Part shown: in pieces, positions 21,361-31,223 of the stretch
Numbering within the stretch: the first letter of the stretch is position 1
Layout: each line of letters begins with the position of its first letter
Assembly: GCA_045629485.1 (NCBI GenBank)
Contig: JAZQRF010000199.1
Location: 21,932-85,931 of the forward strand
Reading direction: 5' to 3'
Source: Pelobium sp.
GTDB taxonomy: Bacteria; Bacteroidota; Bacteroidia; Sphingobacteriales; Sphingobacteriaceae
DNA: 64,000 nt
Position numbers and translations under genes: made by a program
The notes under the pieces: generated by a model
Database searches by the model: none
Told to the model about the DNA's origin: nothing
Seen by the model: only the letters and a program-made list of their open reading frames with translations

Positions 21361-22035
21361 TTAGAAGCTTTTTATTTTCATTGAGTAGTTAAATCCATGT
21401 GTGATTCTACCGTCAGATATTTCCTTATTTATAGCAGTAACATCCTTTTGGATCAGGCCAATATTTTTAGCATAAATCTCTGAAGCAATGTCTTCTCTGA
21501 TAAGGTTTACTTCATCTATTTGCTGAACTACAATAGTAGAATCGAAAGAATGATTGTTGATTCTTGCAGTAAAAGGGTAGTCAGAAATATAATAAAATTG
21601 TTCACCCAGGGTGTTTTTTGAATTCCCGTTCCAGTCTTTGTTAAGTTCAGGAGGAAAAATTAACCTGTTAAAAGTTTGATTTTCTATTGTCTCCTGAGCA
21701 ATTCTTACTGAACGACTTCTGGTAATGGTTTTTTGATAATTCCAAGCAGTAGAATTTTGTTCCTTTTTATAGCGCTCTATTCTAAAAATACTGTCTCCTG
21801 TGAAATTCAAATAAACGGAAGCAACAGAATCTTTAAGCTCGAAAATATGTTTAGTTACCGAGTTGTTAAAATTATTATATACCGTAGAATCAACAGTATA
21901 GACCAAAACTTTTTTTAATTTCAGAGGATAGTACTCGTAATGAAAATGACGGACCGGCGCATTGTTTTCTTTGGTACATGAAACAAGAATAGTCGAAATA
22001 ACTATAATACCAAAAAAAAAATTGATCCTGTACAT
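21361..22035 (-). CDS. hypothetical lipoprotein
   Basis: 224 aa with a signal peptide and lipobox-like ILVSC. No recognisable domain. Confidence 0.6.
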   Translation of the reverse strand: MYRINFFFGIIVISTILVSCTKENNAPVRHFHYEYYPLKLKKVLVYTVDSTVYNNFNNSVTKHIFELKDSVASVYLNFTGDSIFRIERYKKEQNSTAWNYQKTITRSRSVRIAQETIENQTFNRLIFPPELNKDWNGNSKNTLGEQFYYISDYPFTARINNHSFDSTIVVQQIDEVNLIREDIASEIYAKNIGLIQKDVTAINKEISDGRITHGFNYSMKIKSF

Positions 22036-22064
22036 TTAAAAATGATTTATACTAAAGTAGTTAT

Positions 22065-23153
22065 TTAAATTAAAAAACCACCTCCAAGTAAATCATTTCC
22101 TTCATAAAAAACAGCCGACTGGCCAGGTGCAATTCCCGAAACCGCATGATGGAAATTAACTTTCATTAAATCGCCTTCCTGGTGAATGTGGCTAACTGTA
22201 CCAGCATCTTTGTATCTGATTTTTGTGATGGCCTCCAAAGGCTCGGTAATAGAGTCGTATTTTATCAGGTTTAAATTTCTTACCGTTGCTGTTGTTTTTT
22301 GCAATTCTTCTTCTTCACCTAAAACCACTGTATTACTTTCCGGAAGAATTTGAGTAACATACATAGGTTTGCCAAAAGCAACACCTAAACCTTTTCTTTG
22401 CCCAATAGTATAAAATGGGTAACCTTGATGTTTTCCAACTTTGGTTCCATCGGTTAATACAAAATCGCCTCCCGAAACTTCAGCTTCTAATTCTGGTACG
22501 CGATGTTTAAGGAAAGAACGGTAATCGTTATCCGGAACAAAACAGATTTCATAACTCTCGCTTTTTTGAGCCAGCTCTTCCTGCCCCATATCCAAAGCCA
22601 TTTGTCTTATTTCTGATTTCGCAAAAGATCCTAAAGGAAATTTTGTTCTTGCCAGGTTTTGTTGAGAAACGCCCCATAATACATAAGATTGGTCTTTATT
22701 TTCATCCTTTCCTTTAGAAATCACATAGCGGCCGCTGTCTTGCTGACGAATATTGGCATAATGCCCGGTGGCAATAAATTCACAATCCAGCTTATCTGCT
22801 CTTTTTAATAAAGCATCCCATTTTATATGTGTATTGCATAAGACGCAAGGGTTTGGCGTTCTTCCTGCAAGGTATTCATCAACAAAATTATCTATCACAT
22901 AATCTCCAAACTCATTACGGATATCTAATATATAATGAGGAAAGCCATAGCCTACTGCTAAAGATCGGGCATCATTGATAGAATCTAAACTGCAGCAGCC
23001 GGTTTCTTTAGAATTCGCTCCGGATGAGGCGTAATCCCAGGTCTTCATGGTTAAGCCAATCACTTCATAACCTTGTTCATGCAGCATTACAGCTGCCACC
23101 GAACTGTCCACACCACCACTCATTGCTACCAGAATTCTACCGTGTTTACTCAT
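22065..23153 (-). CDS. mnmA: tRNA 2-thiouridine(34) synthase MnmA
   Basis: 362 aa with the PP-loop VAMSGGVDSSVAA and full-length MnmA-like sequence. Confidence 0.94.
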   Translation of the reverse strand: MSKHGRILVAMSGGVDSSVAAVMLHEQGYEVIGLTMKTWDYASSGANSKETGCCSLDSINDARSLAVGYGFPHYILDIRNEFGDYVIDNFVDEYLAGRTPNPCVLCNTHIKWDALLKRADKLDCEFIATGHYANIRQQDSGRYVISKGKDENKDQSYVLWGVSQQNLARTKFPLGSFAKSEIRQMALDMGQEELAQKSESYEICFVPDNDYRSFLKHRVPELEAEVSGGDFVLTDGTKVGKHQGYPFYTIGQRKGLGVAFGKPMYVTQILPESNTVVLGEEEELQKTTATVRNLNLIKYDSITEPLEAITKIRYKDAGTVSHIHQEGDLMKVNFHHAVSGIAPGQSAVFYEGNDLLGGGFLI

Positions 23154-23173
23154 CTTACATTTGAAATAGAATG

Positions 23174-23181
23174 CAAAGATA
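23174..23181 (-). promoter_or_regulatory. candidate -7 box (TATCTTTG on minus strand) for mnmA
   Basis: CAAAGATA on the plus strand, 21 nt upstream of the mnmA ATG (23153). Confidence 0.3.
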
Positions 23182-23364
23182 AAGTTTTAATTAAAATGGC
23201 CGAACCAAAGGCGTCAGGAACAAGTCAATTCCTTGGAGGATTTTTTAAGAACTGATCTTTTTAAACCTTGATTTAATTGTTTTAATAATGAAATATCAGA
23301 AATGAGTTTGAATAATTAAAATTATAATATTGATTATTAACACATTATGATTTATTTTAGTACT

Positions 23365-23382
23365 ATGTATTGCATGGTACAT
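23365..23382. promoter_or_regulatory. inverted repeat ATGTA-N8-TACAT, candidate PadR operator
   Basis: Read directly from the sequence. It sits 12 nt upstream of the -7 box at 23394..23401 of the padR-pspC unit. It resembles the ATGT-N8-ACAT operators reported for PadR proteins, but the spacing between the ATGT and ACAT cores here is 10. Confidence 0.3.
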
Positions 23383-23393
23383 TATAAAACATA

Positions 23394-23401
23394 TATCTTT
23401 G
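23394..23401 (+). promoter_or_regulatory. candidate -7 box (TATCTTTG) for padR-pspC
   Basis: Exact TAnnTTTG match. It lies 5 nt before the first ATG and 32 nt before the second ATG (23433). Confidence 0.35.
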
Positions 23402-23405
23402 TATT

Positions 23406-23741
23406 ATGATAGCAGAAAATACGCAAACACAAATGCGGAAGGGAATTCTGGAATATTGTGTTTTATCAATTATTTCAAGAGGGGAGATATATGCCTCGGA
23501 TATTATTGCCGAATTAAGGTCTGCCAAACTGCTGGTGGTTGAGGGAACATTATATCCACTATTAACCCGGCTAAAAAACAATGGCTTGTTAAGCTATAAC
23601 TGGGTAGAATCCACTTCCGGTCCGCCACGGAAATATTATACGCTAACAGAAGCGGGAAAGGATATTTTAACACAATTAGATCAAACCTGGCAGGAGCTGG
23701 CTAATGCCGTAAATATTTCACAAAAAGGAGCCAATTCATAA
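23406..23741 (+). CDS. PadR-family transcriptional regulator
   Basis: 111 aa with a winged-HTH PadR core (MRKGILEYCVLSIIS...GTLYPLLTRLKNNGLL). The second ATG at 23433 may be the true start, given the -7 box at 23394..23401. Confidence 0.85.
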   Translation: MIAENTQTQMRKGILEYCVLSIISRGEIYASDIIAELRSAKLLVVEGTLYPLLTRLKNNGLLSYNWVESTSGPPRKYYTLTEAGKDILTQLDQTWQELANAVNISQKGANS

Positions 23742-23752
23742 TCATTAATACA

Positions 23753-25360
23753 ATGGAAAAAACCATCATCATCAACATAGGTAACACAATTATTCATATT
23801 GAAGAAAGTGCTTACGAACTTTTAAAAACCTATATCAACGAGATTAAACATCATTTTGTTAATGATGCTGATGACATTGAAATCGTAACAGATATAGAAA
23901 ACAGGATTGCAGAATTGCTAATAGAACAGCTGGAGCAGGCTAAAAAACAAGTGATCGACTCGGAAAATGTAAATGCTGTCATCGCTCAGATGGGTAAAGT
24001 TAATGATTTTGATACGCTGGAAGAAGAACCTGTTATCAATATAAACCAGGGGCTCCCGATAGATAAAAAGCTGTATCGTGATATGGATGAACGGGTGATT
24101 GCAGGTGTTTGTGCCGGTATTGCACATTACGTAAATGTAGATGTAAAGTGGATCAGATTGATTGCCATTTTAGCAGCTTTCCTGGCGGGATCCAGCTTTT
24201 TAATTTATGCACTGCTTTGGATCGTTATTCCTAAGGCAAAATCGCGTACCCAGAAAATGGAAATGAAAGGTGAGCCAGCCAATCTTAAGGGTTTTCAAAA
24301 AAATCTAAATGAGGAACTTGAGGCAGTAAAAGAGCGTTTAAGCGAGGTTAATAAGCAAGCCCAGCCTTTTTTTGCCCGCTTTGGAATTTTTATAGGAGAA
24401 TTTTTCGAATGGCTTGCTTCATTTATTTCAGGAGCTGGTAAAGTGGCTTTAAAGCTTATTGCAACGTTTATCATCATTTTGGGGTCAATATTTATGTTGA
24501 CGCTGATCCTTGGCGTTTCTGCATTCCAGGGATTTTGGGATGCCAGTATTTACGAACATTTTCCTTTTTCGATGATCAATGAGGGCAACAGGAATATTAT
24601 TTTATTTAGCGCATTCGTGGTGTTTTTTATTCCAATTTTAGCGCTGGTTTTATTTGCAATAAGGGTAGCTTTTAATAGACAGGCCATCACTAAAACGCTT
24701 TCATTTGCTTTGCTGATTATCTGGCTGGCAGGTTTAGCCACTACGGGCTATCATGTAGCAAAAATTTCTTCAGAATTTAAGCAGCATGCAGAACTAACTC
24801 AAACGACTGATATAAAATCTTATCCAACTTATGTGATCGATATGGATAAAAGTAAATATTTTAGTAAAGAGGATAGCCTGGCCTATGGTATAGATGCGCA
24901 TCAAAAAAATCGAATTGTTGTTGATGATTCTGATGATGACCTGTTTGTTTCTACAAACCATGTTCGTATCAATATTCTTAAAAGCGAAATTGGAGCTACC
25001 CGGTTAACTCAAAAATTCGAATCACAGGGAAAAACTTTCCCGGATGCCTTATATAATGCACAAAATATCAATTACACGTATAAATTGATGGATTCTACAG
25101 TTGTTTTTAGTCCGCGATTTCAATTAAAAAAAGGGTCTATCTGGAGAAACCAGGAAGTCCATTTAAACCTGGAGATTCCTGTGGGTACACAACTAATCTT
25201 AAAACGGGATGTAAAAGGATACATCAATAACTATTGGACGTGGGATTGTAAAAATCAGGAGGAACATGATAGCATTTGGATAATGACGGATGAAGGCTTA
25301 AAATGTAAATACGATCTGGAGCATCCTGAAGTAAACACAGAGGAAAGCCAAAATCAATAA
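23753..25360 (+). CDS. PspC-domain membrane protein
   Basis: 535 aa. PspC motif RVIAGVCAGIAHYVNVDVKWIRLI, several TM segments and a C-terminal soluble domain. Starts 11 nt after the PadR gene. Confidence 0.8.
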   Translation: MEKTIIINIGNTIIHIEESAYELLKTYINEIKHHFVNDADDIEIVTDIENRIAELLIEQLEQAKKQVIDSENVNAVIAQMGKVNDFDTLEEEPVININQGLPIDKKLYRDMDERVIAGVCAGIAHYVNVDVKWIRLIAILAAFLAGSSFLIYALLWIVIPKAKSRTQKMEMKGEPANLKGFQKNLNEELEAVKERLSEVNKQAQPFFARFGIFIGEFFEWLASFISGAGKVALKLIATFIIILGSIFMLTLILGVSAFQGFWDASIYEHFPFSMINEGNRNIILFSAFVVFFIPILALVLFAIRVAFNRQAITKTLSFALLIIWLAGLATTGYHVAKISSEFKQHAELTQTTDIKSYPTYVIDMDKSKYFSKEDSLAYGIDAHQKNRIVVDDSDDDLFVSTNHVRINILKSEIGATRLTQKFESQGKTFPDALYNAQNINYTYKLMDSTVVFSPRFQLKKGSIWRNQEVHLNLEIPVGTQLILKRDVKGYINNYWTWDCKNQEEHDSIWIMTDEGLKCKYDLEHPEVNTEESQNQ

Positions 25361-25374
25361 TTCTTTTATATAAT

Positions 25375-25416
25375 TATTAAGACAGTTTATGTTATTTGAT
25401 GTAAACTGTCTTAATA
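25375..25416. terminator. hairpin between convergent pspC-domain gene and aldehyde dehydrogenase
   Basis: 15-bp perfect stem (25375..25389 / 25402..25416) with a 12-nt loop that contains the ALDH stop codon. The flanks are AT-rich but there is no clean U-tail. Confidence 0.4.
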
Positions 25417-26759
25417 TTTACGAACTCTTTAATTCCAAATATGCTTAATTCCCGGCCATAACCAGATTCTTTAATACCGCCAAACGGGAGTCTTGGATCT
25501 GATTTAACCAGTGAATTAACGAAACAGGAACCTGCCTCGATTCTTTCTTTTGCGATTAGTTCTCCTTTTATGAGATCTTTCGTAAACACGGCTGCGCCTA
25601 AGCCAAAAATAGAATCATTGGCAGTCTTTATTGCTTCTTCCTCGTTTTTTACAGTAATAATAGCTGCCACCGGACCAAACAATTCTTCATCATAAGCAGG
25701 CATACCTTTTTTTACATTTGTTAATATAGTAGGAGGGTAGATGGCTGCGTTACCTTTTGGGATTTTACCTCCTAAAATACATTTAGCACCAAGTTTAATA
25801 GATTTAGAAACCTGTTCGTGTAAATCATCTCTTAAATCCGTTCTGGCCATAGGGCCTAAATCAAATTGATCTTCTAATGGATCTCCGATCGTTTTTTGCT
25901 TCATTAAGTTTTTAAAAAGCTCAACAAACTCCTTTTCAACAGATTTCATCACAATAAATCTTTTAGCAGAAATACAGCTTTGTCCGTTATTAATCAACCG
26001 GGAATTTACACAGGTTTCTGCTGTTAATTCCAAATCTGCATCTTCTAGAATGATATAGGCATCGCTGCCGCCTAACTCCAGTACAGTTTTTTTTATTAAA
26101 CTTCCGGCTTGTGCGGCTACTTTTTTACCGGCAGCAGTACTTCCTGTAAGGGTGACCGCTTTCACCAGCGGATGCGCAATAATGGGTTCCAGCTTTTTAC
26201 TGCCGATTAGAAGGGTTTGAAAACTATGTTTAGGAAAACCTGATTGAATCACCAATTCTTCTATTGCTAAAGCGCATGCCGATACATTAGAAGCGTGTTT
26301 TAACAGGCCGCAATTGCCAGCCATAAGAGCCGGAGCTAAAAATCTGAATGCTTGCCAGAAAGGAAAATTCCAGGGCATAATTGCTAAAACCAAACCTACA
26401 GGCTGATAAGTAACAAAGCTTTTGGATGCCTCTGTTTCTATGATTTCGTCACTGAGAAAATCTTCGGCATTATTCGCATAATACTCACATACAGATGCAC
26501 ACTTTTCAATTTCTGTAGTGCCATCTTTTAATGGCTTGCCCATTTCAAGTGCCATTGTTCTTGCGAGTTTTTCCTTTTCTTCAATTAAGCTTTTAGCTAA
26601 TTGAAGCATACACTTTTTTCTCAGGGTAAAATCGGTTTGTTTAAAACTTAACCATGCCTTATTTCCCTGCTTAATTTTTTCTTCTATTTGAACTGAGGTG
26701 TGTTCTTTATATGTTTTTATCAATTTTCCGTTGTACGGATTAACACTTTTTAGCGACAT
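25392..26759 (-). CDS. NAD(P)-dependent succinate-semialdehyde/aldehyde dehydrogenase
   Basis: ALDH motifs ELGGSDA and the catalytic Cys in GQSCISAKR. I place the start at the ATG (MSLKSVNPYNGK), not the TTG-initiated extension reaching 26786. Confidence 0.88.
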   Translation of the reverse strand: MSLKSVNPYNGKLIKTYKEHTSVQIEEKIKQGNKAWLSFKQTDFTLRKKCMLQLAKSLIEEKEKLARTMALEMGKPLKDGTTEIEKCASVCEYYANNAEDFLSDEIIETEASKSFVTYQPVGLVLAIMPWNFPFWQAFRFLAPALMAGNCGLLKHASNVSACALAIEELVIQSGFPKHSFQTLLIGSKKLEPIIAHPLVKAVTLTGSTAAGKKVAAQAGSLIKKTVLELGGSDAYIILEDADLELTAETCVNSRLINNGQSCISAKRFIVMKSVEKEFVELFKNLMKQKTIGDPLEDQFDLGPMARTDLRDDLHEQVSKSIKLGAKCILGGKIPKGNAAIYPPTILTNVKKGMPAYDEELFGPVAAIITVKNEEEAIKTANDSIFGLGAAVFTKDLIKGELIAKERIEAGSCFVNSLVKSDPRLPFGGIKESGYGRELSIFGIKEFVNIKTVYIK

Positions 26760-26873
26760 AAGACTTGCATTTATTATTAATAACAAATAGTAACAGGTTT
26801 TGATGCAGTAAAGTGAAATTAACTACAGGAGCTGATAAATTTTAATTGCTTTCTTTTTTGAGGAATTAGATTG

Positions 26874-27620
26874 TTAGATAAGATGCTTAATAGCATCCAA
26901 AACTTTTTCTAAATCTTCGGGAGTATCTATAGCCAAAGTTTCTGTTTGAGTAACAGCGACTTTAATTTTGAATCCATTTTCTATCCACCTTAATTGTTCT
27001 AAAGATTCGGCTTTTTCTAAAGAACTGGCATTTAGCTGGGAAAGTATGCTAAGCGTAGCTGTTTTATAACCGTAAATTCCAATATGCTTATAAAAAGTGT
27101 GGTGGTTTAACCAGTCTTTTTTGTCGAAATTTCTTAAGTGAGGAATAGTTTGCCTGCTAAAGTAAATTGCCTCCATATTGGCATTTAATAATACTTTTGG
27201 GGTGTTAAAATTAAAAAGCTCTTCAGTAGTCGTAATTTTTTTTACCAGGGTCGCGATGTTAGTAGATATATCATTAAAGCAACCTGCAACTAAATTTATT
27301 TGATTGGGATCAATTAAAGGTTCGTCTCCCTGAATATTAATTACAGCATCAAAGCCACTTATCTTTTGAGCCACTTCTGCACAACGATCTGTTCCGCTTA
27401 CATGATTATCGGCCGTCATGATTACATTTCCGCCAAACGATTTTACGGCTTTATATATTTTATCATCATCTGTAGCCACAACCACGTCTGCTAAAGATGT
27501 TGCGAGTAAGGTTTGATCATAAACACGTTGGATCATTGGTTTTCCGGCAATATCTATCAAAGGTTTTCCAGGGAAACGGGTAGATGCGAATCTCGCAGGA
27601 ATTATTCCAAGTATCTTCAT
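26874..27620 (-). CDS. kdsB: 3-deoxy-manno-octulosonate cytidylyltransferase (CMP-KDO synthetase)
   Basis: 248 aa with a full-length KdsB-like sequence (GIIPARFASTRFPGKPL...IQGDEPLI). Confidence 0.92.
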   Translation of the reverse strand: MKILGIIPARFASTRFPGKPLIDIAGKPMIQRVYDQTLLATSLADVVVATDDDKIYKAVKSFGGNVIMTADNHVSGTDRCAEVAQKISGFDAVINIQGDEPLIDPNQINLVAGCFNDISTNIATLVKKITTTEELFNFNTPKVLLNANMEAIYFSRQTIPHLRNFDKKDWLNHHTFYKHIGIYGYKTATLSILSQLNASSLEKAESLEQLRWIENGFKIKVAVTQTETLAIDTPEDLEKVLDAIKHLI

Positions 27621-27626
27621 GTGTCT

Positions 27627-28244
27627 TTATTTAAATAAACCGTGGATCTCGCGTTCGATGCTATCAATAATAAAACTTAAATCTTCTGATTTGTTTGCAA
27701 AATCTAATTTGTCTTTATCAAGAATTAGTAGTTTTCCGGAATCATAACTTTTAATCCACTTATCGTACTTTTCGTTTAGCTTCTGCAGGTAGTCTAGTCT
27801 AATACTAGCTTCGTATTCTCTTCCTCTTCTTTGAATATTTTCTACCAATGTAGGTACAGAGGCTTTTAAATATATTAAAAGGTCTGGTGGTTTAATATAA
27901 GCAGTAATATTATCAAAAATAGCCTGGTAGTTTCCATAATCACGACTGGTCAGTAAGCCCATTTCATGAAGATTTTCTGCAAAAATATAGGCGTCTTCAT
28001 AAATAGTCCGGTCTTGGATAATATCTGTCGCTCCGGCTTGTATATCTCTTATCTGCTGGAAACGACTATTTAAAAAAAAGATTTGCAGGTTAAAACTCCA
28101 CCTCTTCATGTCACTATAGAAATCTTCCAGGTATGGATTGTTGTCTACAGCTTCATACATGGCTTCCCATTGATAGTTTTTAGCTAATAATTCTGTAAGG
28201 GTAGTTTTTCCGGCTCCAATATTACCAACAACGGCTATATGCAT
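27627..28244 (-). CDS. deoxynucleoside kinase
   Basis: 205 aa with the P-loop VVGNIGAGKTTL and dNK-family DR(T/S) and arginine-rich lid segments. Confidence 0.88.
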   Translation of the reverse strand: MHIAVVGNIGAGKTTLTELLAKNYQWEAMYEAVDNNPYLEDFYSDMKRWSFNLQIFFLNSRFQQIRDIQAGATDIIQDRTIYEDAYIFAENLHEMGLLTSRDYGNYQAIFDNITAYIKPPDLLIYLKASVPTLVENIQRRGREYEASIRLDYLQKLNEKYDKWIKSYDSGKLLILDKDKLDFANKSEDLSFIIDSIEREIHGLFK

Positions 28245-28280
28245 ATTCTTTATTTTCTTCGACGTTTTTTAAATGTAGTA

Positions 28281-29276
28281 TTAAAATGCCCTGAAACCAA
28301 TAATTTCCCGAACTTCTTTTATAGTTTTCGAAGCACTTTCCCTTGCCTTTTCGGCTCCCATTTTAGACACTTTCCTTAGATACTCTGTGTTTTTAGCTAT
28401 ATCTTCAATTTTTTCCCGTATAGGGGCTGTTGAAATAATCATGTCTTCTGCAATTTGCTTTTTAAAATCGCCGTAACGGATATTACAGGTATTATATGAA
28501 TTTTCGAAATGGGCTAATGTTTCATCCGTAGATACTACTTTCATCAAATCAAAAAGGTTTTGTATCTCCTGGGGCTTTACCTGGTTTTCTACAGTAGGGC
28601 CACTATCTGTAACGGCTTTCATCACCTTCTTTTTAATGATTTCAGGCGAATCAGATAGGTATACCGCATTCATTTCTCCTTCAGATTTTCCCATTTTCCC
28701 TTTGCCATCCAGGCCAGGAATTTTCACTAATTGTTCAGAAAAGCTAAAAGCATATGGTTCTTTAAAGTACTCGGTTTGGTATAAATTGTTAAATCTGTTG
28801 CCAAATGTTCTTGTCATTTCCAGGTGTTGTTCCTGGTCTTTACCTACAGGCACTTTTGTAGCGTGATGTAACAAAATATCAGCAGCCATTAAAACCGGAT
28901 AGGTTAATAAGCCTGCATTTACATTGTTAGGGTTAGATTTTACTTTGTCTTTAAAAGAAGTACTGCGTTCCAACTCGCCCAAATAAGCATTCATGTTTAA
29001 GAAAAGGTAAAGCTCTATCACTTCCGGAACATCAGATTGCACATATAATGTAGATTTTTCGGGATCCAAACCAGCAGCCAAATATTCTACAAGAACATGT
29101 TTCACATGGTCGTGTAAATGAGATGATGTCGGATGAGTAGTTAAAGAATGATAATCCGCAATAAAAAAGAAACAATTATATTGCTCCTGCATTTTAACGA
29201 AATTTTTTACCGCACCATAATAATTGCCTAAGTGCAATTTTCCTGTAGATCTTATACCACTAACTACTGTCTCCAT
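28281..29276 (-). CDS. trpS: tryptophan--tRNA ligase
   Basis: 331 aa with the class I motifs HLGNY (HIGH) and KMGKS (KMSKS). Confidence 0.94.
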   Translation of the reverse strand: METVVSGIRSTGKLHLGNYYGAVKNFVKMQEQYNCFFFIADYHSLTTHPTSSHLHDHVKHVLVEYLAAGLDPEKSTLYVQSDVPEVIELYLFLNMNAYLGELERSTSFKDKVKSNPNNVNAGLLTYPVLMAADILLHHATKVPVGKDQEQHLEMTRTFGNRFNNLYQTEYFKEPYAFSFSEQLVKIPGLDGKGKMGKSEGEMNAVYLSDSPEIIKKKVMKAVTDSGPTVENQVKPQEIQNLFDLMKVVSTDETLAHFENSYNTCNIRYGDFKKQIAEDMIISTAPIREKIEDIAKNTEYLRKVSKMGAEKARESASKTIKEVREIIGFRAF

Positions 29277-29314
29277 ATACTGCGAAAGTACAGAAAATTT
29301 ATATTTTTGGTAAT

Positions 29315-30091
29315 ATGAAAAGAGTATTGAAACAGCTGCATCGTTATTATTACTTATTAATGGTGTTTGTGTTTTTCTGTTTGCTTTATCCTTTATTGTA
29401 TCTTTTTTCGAGAAACGAGAAGTATTACAAGTATTTAAACAAGGTAAGAAAATTTAATGGGTTCTTGCCGTCGCTATTTTCAGGAATTATTTATCGTTAT
29501 CATTTTGAACAAAAAATAGACTGGAACAGGGCCTATATAGTTTGTGCCAACCATTCCTCCAATCTTGATATTTTTGCTCTAACTCTTATGATGAAGAATA
29601 ATTTCTTTTTTATGGGTAAAGAAGAACTTTTGCATAGCCCCTTCACTAAATTATATTTCAAAACAATTGATGTTCCTGTAAACAGAAATAGTAAAATGTC
29701 GTCTTACAGAGCTTTTAAGAAAACATCAGAACGGCTTAAAAATAAAATGAGTCTGCTGATTTTTCCGGAAGGAAAAATAGGAGATGAGTATCCACCGGTG
29801 TTACACTCCTTTAAAAACGGACCATTTAAATTAGCTATACAACATCACCTTCCCATTTTACCGGTAAGTATAAATAATACCTGGCAGCAAATGTGGGACG
29901 ACGGAAAGAAATTAGGAAGCAGGCCAGGAGTTTGCCATATTTATATTCACGAGGTGATAGAAACAGCTATGCTAACAGAAAAAGATGAAGAAAATCTTAA
30001 AAATAATGTTTTTGAAATCGTACATTCGGCTTTAAATTACGAGACTTTTAAGGATTTAAAATCTTCAGAAAATTCTGATTCTATCTTGTAA
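29315..30091 (+). CDS. 1-acyl-sn-glycerol-3-phosphate acyltransferase family protein
   Basis: 258 aa with an N-terminal TM segment, the HX4D motif (NHSSNLD) and an FPEG motif. Confidence 0.82.
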   Translation: MKRVLKQLHRYYYLLMVFVFFCLLYPLLYLFSRNEKYYKYLNKVRKFNGFLPSLFSGIIYRYHFEQKIDWNRAYIVCANHSSNLDIFALTLMMKNNFFFMGKEELLHSPFTKLYFKTIDVPVNRNSKMSSYRAFKKTSERLKNKMSLLIFPEGKIGDEYPPVLHSFKNGPFKLAIQHHLPILPVSINNTWQQMWDDGKKLGSRPGVCHIYIHEVIETAMLTEKDEENLKNNVFEIVHSALNYETFKDLKSSENSDSIL

Positions 30092-30111
30092 GTAATAATA
30101 ATAAGGATAAG

Positions 30112-30402
30112 ATGAAAATAGACAGGGAAACGGTAGATAAAATAGCTCATTTAGGCAGATTAGTGTTAACAGATGAAGAAAAAGACAGATCTATTATTGA
30201 ACTGAGTGAAATATTAAGCTTTATGGAAAAACTCGGTGAAGTAGATGTTACCGGTGTTGAACCGCTTATATATATGAATGAAGCTGTGAATGTGCTTAGG
30301 CCCGACGTAGTAATACAAGAGATTACAAGAGAAGAAGCTTTAATGAATGCGCCTCTAAAAAATGACGAGTATTTTAAAGTTTCTAAAGTTATAGAAAAGT
30401 AG
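30112..30402 (+). CDS. gatC: Asp/Glu-tRNA(Asn/Gln) amidotransferase subunit C
   Basis: 96 aa with a GatC-like sequence (VDKIAHLGRLVLTDEE...). Confidence 0.85.
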   Translation: MKIDRETVDKIAHLGRLVLTDEEKDRSIIELSEILSFMEKLGEVDVTGVEPLIYMNEAVNVLRPDVVIQEITREEALMNAPLKNDEYFKVSKVIEK

Positions 30403-30460
30403 TCTATTTTTTATAATGTAACAATTCCCGCTTGTTTTTGTCTAAAATAAAAACAAAACT

Positions 30461-31201
30461 ATGCAGCATCTTATCACTGTTAATGATATCGGAAGAAAAT
30501 ATGTTATAGGGTCAGATGTAATTCATGCCCTAAAATCTGTTTCTCTTACCATAGATAAAGGAGAATTCGTTGCATTGATGGGGCCTTCCGGATCAGGAAA
30601 ATCTACTTTAATGAATATTTTAGGTTGTTTGGATACACCAACTAAAGGTGAGTATATCTTAAATGGTATAAACGTAAGTTCGATGACAGATAGCCAACTT
30701 GCAGAAGTAAGAAACAAAGAGATTGGATTTGTTTTCCAAACATTTAACCTATTACCACGCTCTTCTGCTATGGAAAATGTTGCGCTTCCGCTGATTTATT
30801 CCGGAGTGAGCAAAAAAGAAAGAGACAAGAGATCTGAAGCGGCTTTAAACAATGTTGGCTTAGGAAACAGGTTACATCATAAGCCAAACGAACTATCGGG
30901 CGGACAAAGGCAGAGAGTTGCTGTAGCAAGGGCTCTGATCAATAATCCTTCTATTATTCTGGCAGATGAGCCAACAGGAAATCTCGATACCAAGACTTCT
31001 ATAGAGATTATGGGTTTGCTGGAAGAGATTCATGCAAAAGGAAATACCATCATTTTAGTAACGCATGAGGAAGATATTGCCCAGCATGCACATAGAATTG
31101 TAAGGATGAGGGACGGGCTAATTGAAAATGATTATAAAAATAATGATATTAAAACGGCGTCTCAAAAATTACATGAAGTCAATAAATTGGAGAAAGACTA
31201 A
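30461..31201 (+). CDS. ABC transporter ATP-binding protein (MacB/LolD-like)
   Basis: 246 aa with Walker [10 protein letters not shown], signature [15 protein letters not shown] and Walker [12 protein letters not shown]. Confidence 0.92.
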   Translation: MQHLITVNDIGRKYVIGSDVIHALKSVSLTIDKGEFVALMGPSGSGKSTLMNILGCLDTPTKGEYILNGINVSSMTDSQLAEVRNKEIGFVFQTFNLLPRSSAMENVALPLIYSGVSKKERDKRSEAALNNVGLGNRLHHKPNELSGGQRQRVAVARALINNPSIILADEPTGNLDTKTSIEIMGLLEEIHAKGNTIILVTHEEDIAQHAHRIVRMRDGLIENDYKNNDIKTASQKLHEVNKLEKD

Positions 31202-31223
31202 TTTATAGCGGTACATTCTAAAA

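Noticed and set aside
26760-26786. N-terminal extension of the aldehyde dehydrogenase ORF (MLLIINASL...)
   Set aside because: The extension starts at TTG. The ATG at 26759 gives the canonical MSLKSVNPYNGK... N-terminus.
29302-29309. TATTTTTG -7-like box upstream of the acyltransferase gene
   Set aside because: It ends only 5 nt before the annotated ATG (29315), so it cannot serve that start unless the mRNA is leaderless or the start lies downstream. I did not list it as a feature.
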